Shown: positions 1 to 9,000 of the stretch, in pieces
How the letters are laid out: every line of letters begins with the position of its first letter
Numbering within the stretch: position 1 is the first letter of the stretch
Notes under the pieces: model-generated
What the model saw: only the letters and a program-made list of their open reading frames with translations
The model's database searches: none
What the model was told of the DNA's origin: nothing
Position numbers and translations under genes: made by a program
Assembly (NCBI GenBank): GCA_023667435.1
Contig: JAMPAB010000005.1
Location: forward strand, 1-53,363
Direction: 5' to 3'
Source: Corallococcus sp.
GTDB lineage: Bacteria; Bacillota; Clostridia; Christensenellales; CAG-314
DNA length: 53,363 nucleotides

Positions 1-7
1 CGATATT

Positions 8-96
8 TTTACTTTTGAACAAAAATAAATGTTATAAAATACCACTTTTTAATACGAATTCGACTGAATTTTACTTTTGAACAAAAGTAAAATTCA
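8..96. promoter_or_regulatory. Pair of palindromic operator-like sites
   Basis: Perfect 15-bp inverted repeat TGAATTTTACTTTTG-AA-CAAAAGTAAAATTCA at 65-96. A near-copy TTTACTTTTG-AA-CAAAAATAAA lies at 8-29. Confidence 0.55.
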
Positions 97-422
97 AATC
101 TAACGGAAAATTATCCGATGAATATGCTCGTTTAACCAGACATAACGTTAAAACGAATGAGCGTGCAATACGGAGTCGCTTTGTCTTTGATTTCAGATAC
201 GTAAAAGCTATGATAAACGGCAATGACGTAATCATAGACGGAAATCTACAAAATTCAAGTAATCGCCCCCCCCCCCCGATGGAAACAGAAAGGATAATTT
301 GAAGTAACGTTTCCTAATTGCCGAAACAGTATTCCGAGAAATAAAAAATCGACGCAAGTAATATCAGAAAAACTTTCGCCACTGAAATACTGTGCGCCGA
401 TTATAAACTCTTTTTTATGTTA

Positions 423-1430
423 TCAATATTTAATAACAACCTTTAATGCTTTTTTTCCATCCGTCGCCATTTCAAATGCGTCAAGCATTGCGTCGTGGGA
501 ATACTCGTGAGTAATTATTTTTTCAACGTCAAATTGATGAGACCTTAAAATATCCAAACCCAACTTCATATTGTTGTGATAGTTGCCGTTAGGTCCTACA
601 ATTTGATAACCGTCATACGTTACGGGAATAGGATTGATTGTAATCGGCTTGTGATGCACGGCAACAATAGATAACTTTGCGTATGTTTTTGCTCCGGCAA
701 AGAACAAATCTATTACTGCTTGATTGCCTGCGGCGTCAACATAATAATCCGCATCTATAGCTTCCCCGAAGAATCCGGAAGCAACGCCGAAGATTTGTTT
801 ACATTTTTTAACATAATCTTCTGTTAAAGTGTTACACACATACAGTCCGAGTTCTTTAGCGATATTCAGTCTAAAATCGATAATGTCGCATATGATAACG
901 TCGCAACCGAGATACTTTAACGTAATTGCCGACATAAGTCCTATGGGTCCTGCACCGTAAACGATAGCTTTTTTTCCTTTGACGACTTCAAGCGGTCTTA
1001 CTGCATTGCAACCAATCAGGAGCGGCTCCAATAAAACCGCTTGTTTGTCGGTTATTTCATCGGGAACAAGAGCAACGCTTCTGCCTAGTTCGAAGTTGTC
1101 TATTTTGACATATTCGGAAAATCCGCCTACGGTTGCCGCCCGCAATAAACCTTCTTTTTTCGCATCGGTCGGCACGGGAAAAACGCGTTGACCGATTTTT
1201 ACTCCCGTTACATTTTTTCCTTTTGCGCAAACGGCACTAATCATTTCGTGACCGAATTCGTAACCGTCGTAAATCATCACGTCTTTGCCACCGTGCAGAT
1301 ATGCATTGATGTCCGAACCGCAAATACCTGCGTACAGATTCTTAACGATTACGTCGTTATCACCGCATACGGGCGTCGGAAGATCTTTTACTTCGATGTT
1401 TTTAATGCCGTTGTAAATTGCTGCTTTCAT
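423..1430 (-). CDS. Zinc-dependent medium-chain dehydrogenase/reductase (butanediol/threonine dehydrogenase-like)
   Basis: GICGSD and GHE catalytic-Zn motifs, GAGPIG Rossmann motif, C-terminal KVVI. Start moved to ATG 1430 (MKAAIY), which follows AGGAGG. Confidence 0.9.
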   Translation of the reverse strand: MKAAIYNGIKNIEVKDLPTPVCGDNDVIVKNLYAGICGSDINAYLHGGKDVMIYDGYEFGHEMISAVCAKGKNVTGVKIGQRVFPVPTDAKKEGLLRAATVGGFSEYVKIDNFELGRSVALVPDEITDKQAVLLEPLLIGCNAVRPLEVVKGKKAIVYGAGPIGLMSAITLKYLGCDVIICDIIDFRLNIAKELGLYVCNTLTEDYVKKCKQIFGVASGFFGEAIDADYYVDAAGNQAVIDLFFAGAKTYAKLSIVAVHHKPITINPIPVTYDGYQIVGPNGNYHNNMKLGLDILRSHQFDVEKIITHEYSHDAMLDAFEMATDGKKALKVVIKY

Positions 1431-1542
1431 TATTATACCTCCTAATTTGGTTATAATAATTATAACATCGGCATATTTTTCAAACAATTTTCAACACGAT
1501 AAAAATAAGAACAAAAGTTTACAGATTCTTTCATTTGTAAAC

Positions 1543-2058
1543 TTATTTTATTAAGGTGTCTAAAAAGTAACGGGTCATATCTTTGGGCGACGCTCTCATT
1601 CCGTCGTTAAACCATTTTTTTAACAGCATCGCCTGCGTTGCAGCCATTTTATAAGAATAGTAATCGATATCCTGTTCCGCCTTTTCGGGAAATCTGCTCT
1701 GAATTAGCATCTTATTGTTTTTATCGAGAGTGTCTATAATAGTTTCAAACAGAGAATTTTGCCCCATTTCATCGATTGCAATCATATAAAACTTCTTGTT
1801 CGGATAAAAGCTCAAATACCAATTCAACACAACGCTTTCTACGTCGATTTTCGGATCGTTCAACAACTCGAAACAATCGATAACTGCATCCTGCAAAATT
1901 GTATACTCGACAATTTTATATCTGTCTTCGAAATTTTTATAAAACGTTGTTCTTGAAACTTTGCTGCGCGCGCATATGTCTGCGACGGGTATTTGGGACG
2001 AATTTCGTTCTACGACTAATTCGCGATAAGATTGGGCAATGACATCCTGCTTCGACAT
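1543..2058 (-). CDS. TetR/AcrR family transcriptional regulator
   Basis: N-terminal HTH IPVADICARSKVSRTTFYKNFED and C-terminal WFNDGMRASP. Likely start ATG 2058 (MSKQDV). Confidence 0.85.
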   Translation of the reverse strand: MSKQDVIAQSYRELVVERNSSQIPVADICARSKVSRTTFYKNFEDRYKIVEYTILQDAVIDCFELLNDPKIDVESVVLNWYLSFYPNKKFYMIAIDEMGQNSLFETIIDTLDKNNKMLIQSRFPEKAEQDIDYYSYKMAATQAMLLKKWFNDGMRASPKDMTRYFLDTLIK

Positions 2059-2148
2059 GTTTCTTAACCTATTGTTTATCGGCGGCAGAAATAATTTCTG
2101 CCGCAAAACTTTTGACTCTTTTTCCTGCTTTTCGTTTTTCGCAAAAAA

Positions 2149-4200
2149 CTACTTTAACAATTTAGCATTTTTCATAGATTCTTCGTAGAATACGAATTGC
2201 GCTTTGCCGTTATGCTTGACGGAATACGCGGCAAGGTCGGCGCACTTATACAGATCGGCATAATCCCTGCCGACAACCGTCGTTTGCGCGATACCCATAC
2301 TGATGGAACCTATGCCGTCCTCGAAAGACCCGTTGACCGCGTCGAACAACGCTCTTGCGCTTACTTTAAGCTTGCCGTTATCCTTCCAGAACGCAATAAA
2401 CTCGTCGCCGCCCACGCGCGCGCAAAGACCTCCTGCAGGAACGTTTGCTTTGATTGCGGCAGACGCCTTAATCAACACTTCGTCGCCCTTTTGATGCCCG
2501 TACGTATCGTTGATTTTCTTGAAATTGTCGAAATCTATGAACGCAAGCGCGTAGTTTGTTTTAGGATGGTGATTTAGGTAGTATTCCACTAATTTAGCGC
2601 TGTGCGCCTTGTTGAGAAGGTTCGTCAACGGATCGTGAGTTGCGGCGCGTTCCAACTCCGCGCGTTTGTTGTAATCTGCAGTTATGTCCTCCAACTTTCC
2701 TACCGCGCCGGAGTACACGTATTCTTCGTCTTCTAAGGAATACTGTTTCATTATCTTTATCTTGCATCGATGCGCGCTGTTGTCCATTACAACGTCCATC
2801 TCGTAGTTGATAATGGGATCTTCGCGCGTTGCGGAGCTTAGCAAACGGGCAATATCCGCAAGCGACTTGTCGCTGACGCAGTTGCGTAATTCGGCGTCTT
2901 CCAAAGGATTTGCAATATATTGTTTTACGCCCAAATGATGCACGCTTTCGTCGAAGAAACGGATAGCGACGGGGTTCGTGTAGATTTCGAACAGGAATTC
3001 CTTAGACAGCGACGTGATGAATTGATACTTTTGTCTTTCTCTGTCCAACAAATCAAGCGTACGACGCGAAGCGGACAGTTCCTTAGTAAGCAATACTTCC
3101 TGCGAAAACTTGCTGAAATCGTCTCCCGACTGAAATTCGCTTACTCCGCCCAGTCTTTCCTTTAAGCTCGCCTCGACGTTGCGCAAAACGTCCAAAATCA
3201 TAGGATTGAACGCACCGCATTCGCCGTTTAAAATCATTTCGACCGCTTTTTCGTGACTGAACGCTTTTTTGTAACAGCGTTCGCTTGTCAACGCGTCGTA
3301 AACGTCGGCAAGAGCTACTACCTGCGCGGAAATGGGAATTTCTTCTCCCTTCAAACCGTCGGGATAACCGCGTCCGTCCCAACGCTCATGATGCCAACGA
3401 GCAATTTCGTACGCTTTCTGCAACAGCGGTTCCGTCTTTACGTTAGGAAGCGCTTCGAGCATCTCGGCGCCGCGCGTGGTATGCGTCTTCATTATAGCAA
3501 ATTCTTCGTCGGTAAATCTGCCGGGTTTGTTAAGAATCTTTTCGTCTATGGCGATTTTGCCGATATCGTGCAAGGATGACGCAAGAGTGATGATATCTAT
3601 ATCCGTACTCGTCAAATGGAACCGATCGGTCATTCCTATAAGCGTCTTCAACATCAAATCCGTTATCGTGCGGATATTGACGACGTGTTTGCCGCTTTCG
3701 CCGTTACGGAATTCGACGATATGACTGAGAATATCTATCATCAAAGACTGCTCTTTTTCTCTCTTGTATATCTGTTCTTCGATAAGGCCTTTTAGCATTT
3801 TCTGCTTGCCGTACAGCATAATCGTATTGAGAGAACGGCGACGAACGACCAGCGTGTCGAAAGGACGCTGAATGTAATCGGTCGCACCCAACTCGTAACC
3901 TCTTTCTACAAACGCGGAAGCATTCTCCGACGAAATAATAATTACGGGAATATCCTGTATCCACTGCCTTTCGTTCATCTTTGCAAGTACGCCGAAACCG
4001 TCGAGATTAGGCATAACGATATCTAACAACACCAGACTGATTTCGTCGTCGTACTTTTCAATTTGCTCCAAAGCCTCTATCCCGTCTGCCGCTTCGATAA
4101 TTTCAAATTCTTCTCCCAGCATATCCGCAAGAATGGAACGGTTCATTTCGGAGTCGTCGGCAATCAATATTTTTTGTCTGCTAGTAACGATTTCTTCCAC
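2149..4200 (-). CDS. Response regulator with HD-GYP phosphodiesterase and GGDEF diguanylate cyclase domains
   Basis: REC motifs ILIADD and LLDIVMP; HD-GYP motifs HDIGK and HHERWDGRGYP; GGDEF motifs DFDNFKKINDTYGHQKGD and RVGGDEF. Confidence 0.93.
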   Translation of the reverse strand: MEEIVTSRQKILIADDSEMNRSILADMLGEEFEIIEAADGIEALEQIEKYDDEISLVLLDIVMPNLDGFGVLAKMNERQWIQDIPVIIISSENASAFVERGYELGATDYIQRPFDTLVVRRRSLNTIMLYGKQKMLKGLIEEQIYKREKEQSLMIDILSHIVEFRNGESGKHVVNIRTITDLMLKTLIGMTDRFHLTSTDIDIITLASSLHDIGKIAIDEKILNKPGRFTDEEFAIMKTHTTRGAEMLEALPNVKTEPLLQKAYEIARWHHERWDGRGYPDGLKGEEIPISAQVVALADVYDALTSERCYKKAFSHEKAVEMILNGECGAFNPMILDVLRNVEASLKERLGGVSEFQSGDDFSKFSQEVLLTKELSASRRTLDLLDRERQKYQFITSLSKEFLFEIYTNPVAIRFFDESVHHLGVKQYIANPLEDAELRNCVSDKSLADIARLLSSATREDPIINYEMDVVMDNSAHRCKIKIMKQYSLEDEEYVYSGAVGKLEDITADYNKRAELERAATHDPLTNLLNKAHSAKLVEYYLNHHPKTNYALAFIDFDNFKKINDTYGHQKGDEVLIKASAAIKANVPAGGLCARVGGDEFIAFWKDNGKLKVSARALFDAVNGSFEDGIGSISMGIAQTTVVGRDYADLYKCADLAAYSVKHNGKAQFVFYEESMKNAKLLK

Positions 4201-4389
4201 TTGGATTTTCTCCTCACAGTTTATTTTACTTGTATTTACGTTTTCAACGCCGTCACACGACGATAAAACGCTTACACGTATAGGTTTACAAACTTGTCCT
4301 ATTTTATGTTATCACGAAAACGCGATTATGTCTAGGTTTTTTAAAAATTTTCTTTACTTTTACACGCCCTTATCCATACGGTAGTCGAC

Positions 4390-4424
4390 AAACGGAAAGG
4401 AGCTTCCGTATTGAAAGCTCCTTA
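4390..4424 (-). terminator. Probable intrinsic terminator after the 536-aa gene
   Basis: GGAGCTT/AAGCTCC stem followed by TTTCCGTTT on the minus strand. Confidence 0.5.
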
Positions 4425-4440
4425 TAAATTGTTTCTCTTT

Positions 4441-6051
4441 TTATTCCGAAGCTTTTGCTTCCGTTGCCGCAGCAGCCTGTTCCGCGACGCTTACAGTCTT
4501 GCTTGCTTTCCTTCTTTTGCCGACAGACTTCTTCTCCTTATCGTTCGGCACAACTACCACCGTCGTTTTAGCGTGTATGTAACCTTTCTTGATCAGGTTT
4601 TCCGTGCTTCTGTACGGAGGACGATAGTTGACTTGCTTGTAATCGGGATTTTCCGTCAAACCCGCTTCGGCAAATATAACGTCCATGATTTCTTTTGCGA
4701 ACTTCGTGCTTCTGTCGCTCGTGATACGGAACATCGTGGGCATTTTTGCGTGAGGCCGCTTTTCTCTGCGGTTTACTACTTTATACTTAGTTCCGTCGAA
4801 CTTGGACGGGTCTACCGCAAAAAACAGACACAGGGTTTTACCGCGTATGGCGAAAGTTGCTATGCACGCGCGCTTTTCCGAATAAAACGCTTCGCGCTTC
4901 CAGGTTATCTTGTTATACACGCCTTTGTAAGTCAAAATATGATTCTTCAATTCCGAATAGCGCGCTTTCAGTTCGTCGTCCGCCTGAATTACGCGAGCGG
5001 TATAGCTCCTGTTGTAACGCGTCAGTTCTTCGGTAAGATCTATGTCGCCTTCTTCCGCCAACTCTTCGAGTTCCTCCTCGTCTTCTTCCTCTTCGACTTG
5101 TTTTACGCTTTCGGGGACTTCGCCCAAAATCGTAATTTGCGCCAGATTTTCAACGTACAAATCCGTATAAGACTTTTCGGCAAGGTCAAACTCTTTCGCT
5201 ACGGGATTTTCTTCCATTATTATCGTATAGGAATCGGCAAGCTGAACTAACAAATACTTTGCGTATTCCAACCTGCGCGCGGAGGACAGGCGCATCATCA
5301 TAGGCGTTTTCTGATAACGTTTTGTTCCCGACTTGTCTATTCCGCGATACTTTGTTTCCGCAAAATCTGCGGGGTTAAGCGCAAACGATACGCACAGCGT
5401 TCTGCCCGAAAAAGTAATCAAACCCAAAGTCTTGCGTCCCTTGTAAATACGCTGCTGTCTGTAACTGCTCTTTACGTTTACGCCCTTGTACAAAGCCAAT
5501 TCGTTCATCAATTCGACGTAACGAGCTTTTACTTCTTCGCTTGCAAGTCTTAACCGTGCTTCAAAGCTGAGCGTATAACGTACGTAGTAACGTTTCCTGT
5601 CGAATTCTTCGCCTGCAACGCCCAGTTTTTCGCGAGCCTGCGCAGACAAATCGGCAACGGCAAGAATTTGCGCGTCCATAGTTTCGTCTACGTCTTCTTG
5701 CGTTACTACGCCGTAGTAGTTAGCTTGCGCTTGCGGCGTCGGTTCGTCTGCATCATCGTCGTCGTCTTCGTCAACGACCAGCATCGATTCTTCAACGTCG
5801 TCTTCCTCTTCCTCGAACTCCGACATATCGATAGCGCCGCCGGAGCGTAACGTGTCTAATTGTTCCAAAAGCTTATCTCTTTTATTTTGCAGTTGATACG
5901 TACAAAGCTTGCGTTCGCCGCGTTTGTGCATATAGTACCAAAACAGCACTATGTTGCCTGCCAAAAGCACGGCGAATACAACGCTGAGAACGACGATAAG
6001 GGTTATATCTTGCGGGGAAAGTAACGATCCCAAAAAATTAAGTATATTCAT
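4441..6051 (-). CDS. Membrane-anchored protein with an acidic linker and two copies of an uncharacterised ~115-aa basic domain
   Basis: N-terminal TM helix (LIVVLSVVFAVLLAGNIVLFW) and D/E-rich linkers. Two homologous repeats share the pattern S(F/Y)xAR..KARYxELxNx..YKGV..G(R/K)TLC..A..P..TKY..P..R. AGGAG RBS; starts 13 nt after the giant gene stop. Confidence 0.85.
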   Translation of the reverse strand: MNILNFLGSLLSPQDITLIVVLSVVFAVLLAGNIVLFWYYMHKRGERKLCTYQLQNKRDKLLEQLDTLRSGGAIDMSEFEEEEDDVEESMLVVDEDDDDDADEPTPQAQANYYGVVTQEDVDETMDAQILAVADLSAQAREKLGVAGEEFDRKRYYVRYTLSFEARLRLASEEVKARYVELMNELALYKGVNVKSSYRQQRIYKGRKTLGLITFSGRTLCVSFALNPADFAETKYRGIDKSGTKRYQKTPMMMRLSSARRLEYAKYLLVQLADSYTIIMEENPVAKEFDLAEKSYTDLYVENLAQITILGEVPESVKQVEEEEDEEELEELAEEGDIDLTEELTRYNRSYTARVIQADDELKARYSELKNHILTYKGVYNKITWKREAFYSEKRACIATFAIRGKTLCLFFAVDPSKFDGTKYKVVNRREKRPHAKMPTMFRITSDRSTKFAKEIMDVIFAEAGLTENPDYKQVNYRPPYRSTENLIKKGYIHAKTTVVVVPNDKEKKSVGKRRKASKTVSVAEQAAAATEAKASE

Positions 6052-6064
6052 ATTGATTTTCTCC

Positions 6065-9000
6065 TTATTCCTCGTCGTTCTCTTCGTCTTCGTCGGTCCA
6101 GCCGTCCGCTCTCGATCTTTCGTCGATAGCTTCCGCTTCGGCGCGTTTCTTAGCGCGATGTCTGAGCACTTGAACCAACGCTATAACCGCCATAGCGACG
6201 CATGCGCCGGATATAACAGCTATTACGATAATTACTACTACGTTAATACCTATTATACTGAACGTAAAGTACGTCGGATCCGTAGTGCCGTCTTCCCAAA
6301 CGTAGTTGGACGTATTTTTCAACGTAACCGTTACCGTGCTGTCTCCGCCGTATCCGCGTACGTTGCCTTCGATATCCATTATACTGCTGTCGAAACCGTT
6401 CGGAATATAAACGATATCGCCGCCGTTTACGATGTACGTATTGTTGTTAGGCGTGGGTTTGGCAACCTTTTGACGATCGATATGCCACATCAAATCTACG
6501 TTACCGTCCGAATTGAGTTCGGTGTTCGCCGCCCATACGTAGTTGGACGAATCGATCAGAGTAAGCACTACGTGATAGTCGCCCGCATCGACAACGGATA
6601 CCGTTACGTTGTTGCCGTTGACGTTTGCGATACCGTCGAAGTTCAAGCGCATAAGCGCGCCGTCGAAGTTGACTATTGCCGACGATAACGTTCTGCCGGT
6701 ATAAACGTCGTTCTTGCTGTCGCCTTCCGCGCTCAACGTCAGTGAAGGAGACGTAACGGCGCGTTTGGAAATTGTGAACGAAACGGGACTGCTTACGAAG
6801 GACTCATAGTTGTCCGTTGCAGGCATCGTAGCGTGTACCCAGTAAGTACCAGCTCTCGACGGTACGTTTACCGTATAAGCGCCGTTCTGCTCGGTAGCGT
6901 ATTCGAATATGATATTCGCCTTATCGCCGAACAACACGTTAGCTTCGGGGCTACTTGCACTGTCGCCGTAAGTCCAGTTGCCTATTGTGATTACGCCCTT
7001 TTCGGAAGAACTTTCGCCGTTTGTTACGAAGTTTTCCGCTTTTCTTATTACGAACGGAATTGTCGTGCTTGCCGTTTCTATCTTCGCCCACTTGTAGTTG
7101 TCGGGGTCTACCAACGTCAACTCGACGTTGTGCGTGCCCGCGTTTACATATTGCGCAGTTCTGTCAACCGTATAAATGACTTTGCCTTCTACGTTGTAGG
7201 TGGTGTCGGTAATATCCGCCGCCAGCGCTTGGCCCGTATAAGTTTTTGTCGCGACCGTTATGTCTCTCGAATCTACTTCCTGAGGCAAAATCTTGATAAC
7301 GACGCTTGCCGTACCCAGACGACTGTCGTACGCATAGTTGCTGAAACCTTTCAAACTGAGAACCGTTGCAACGTATTCGCCTGCAAGCGTGGGCATTTCC
7401 TTGCTATCGTATCCGACTCCGCCGTTGGTGGAACCTGTATACTGTATCACGAAATCGTCTATCGTAATGTCGCTGAGGTCGAGATTGTCGTTGCCTACCG
7501 CCCATATACGGTAAATGTACAGATTGGGAGCTACTTCGTCGTAACGTCCGTGATTTGCCGCAACCATAATACTTATAACGATTTGATCGATCGTGTACTT
7601 ACCGCTGAGTATCGTTATGTCGTAATTTCCGTTGTCGCACGTTGCGAGAATGTCGTAAGCGGCAACTCCCAACTCGCCCGACAATTCGTCGTCTAAGTAC
7701 GCTTGATAGTTAAGACTTGCTAACGTATCCCATTTTGCAAGCGTACCGCTTACTATTTCGAACGTTTGCGGAACGACTATAACGTCGCTGTATTTCGCCG
7801 TTTCGCTTGCCGCCTGAATTACGATTGCGCGTCTGTTAACCGTCAACGTCTTGCCGTAACCGCTTTCTAATACGATATTGTAGTTGTCCGACGTAAGACC
7901 TACTACGTTTCCGTCGGAAACTGCCATAGTAAGCGCGTACGTATCTGCGTCGAGTTTGTCTTTATTTGCCGCGTCCGCAGCGTTTGCAAGCAGATATTCC
8001 ACAAGATTGTTAGCGCTTATGCGGACGTTGCCGTCGCCGTCGCTGCCTTCGTAACCTCTTGTAACAACATAATTAAAGCTTCCTTCCACAAACGACTGAC
8101 CGTACGTTAACGTTCCGTTAGGAGCTACGTACAACGTGGCTTTTTCGATTACGAACAATACGTCTCTCGTCTCTTCGTCCGATCTGGACCACTTGTAGTT
8201 GTTGCCGTCGACAAGCTCGAGCGTTACCGCGTGACTGCCTGCGTTTACAAAGTCGTCGTGAGCAAGTACCTTGTAAACAAGCGTCTTAACTCCGTCGTTG
8301 TCGTAGTAGAACATTCCTTCATATTCTTGACTAATCTTGATTTCGGGGGTTAAAGGTCTGCTTGCGTACGTCTGACTGTCGATTGTCAACAGACTTGCGT
8401 CTACGTCCTTTTTGTTTACTGTAAACGACGCGCTTACGTTGCCTTCGTTCCAGGTTGTATCCAAAACGTAGTTGCTTGCGTCAATACCCGTTACCGTTGC
8501 AAGATAGCTGCCTGCAAGAGCGGGAACCGCGCTGCCGTTTACGGGTTCTTTGCCGTTTGTTACGCCCGAATAATTGATGATAAACGTCAATTCGTCGAGT
8601 ATTTCGTAACCGTTAAGATTAGTTGCCGTGATATCGGAAATAATCGCTTCTGCGCTGTCGCCCAAATACCAACCGTCCGTAACCGTAAGTTTGATGCCTA
8701 CTTTCAGTTGCTCGACGGTGTGTTTGCCGTCAACTACCGTTACGTTGTAATTGCTGTCGTCAAGCGAAGCGACCGTCACTACGTATTCCGCAACGTCTTG
8801 AGCGCTTGCAACGTCTTTGAATTTGTACGTTACATTCAATACGCTTTCGTCGTCCCAGCTTGCAAGACTTCCGTTTGTTATCGTAAAGCTGTTTGCAATA
8901 ACTACGTCCGCTTTGTTGTAAACAGACGTTTCGCTGCTTACCGTAATCGTAACGTCGCGTCTGTTAACCGTCAACGTCTTGCCGTAACCGCTTTCTAATA

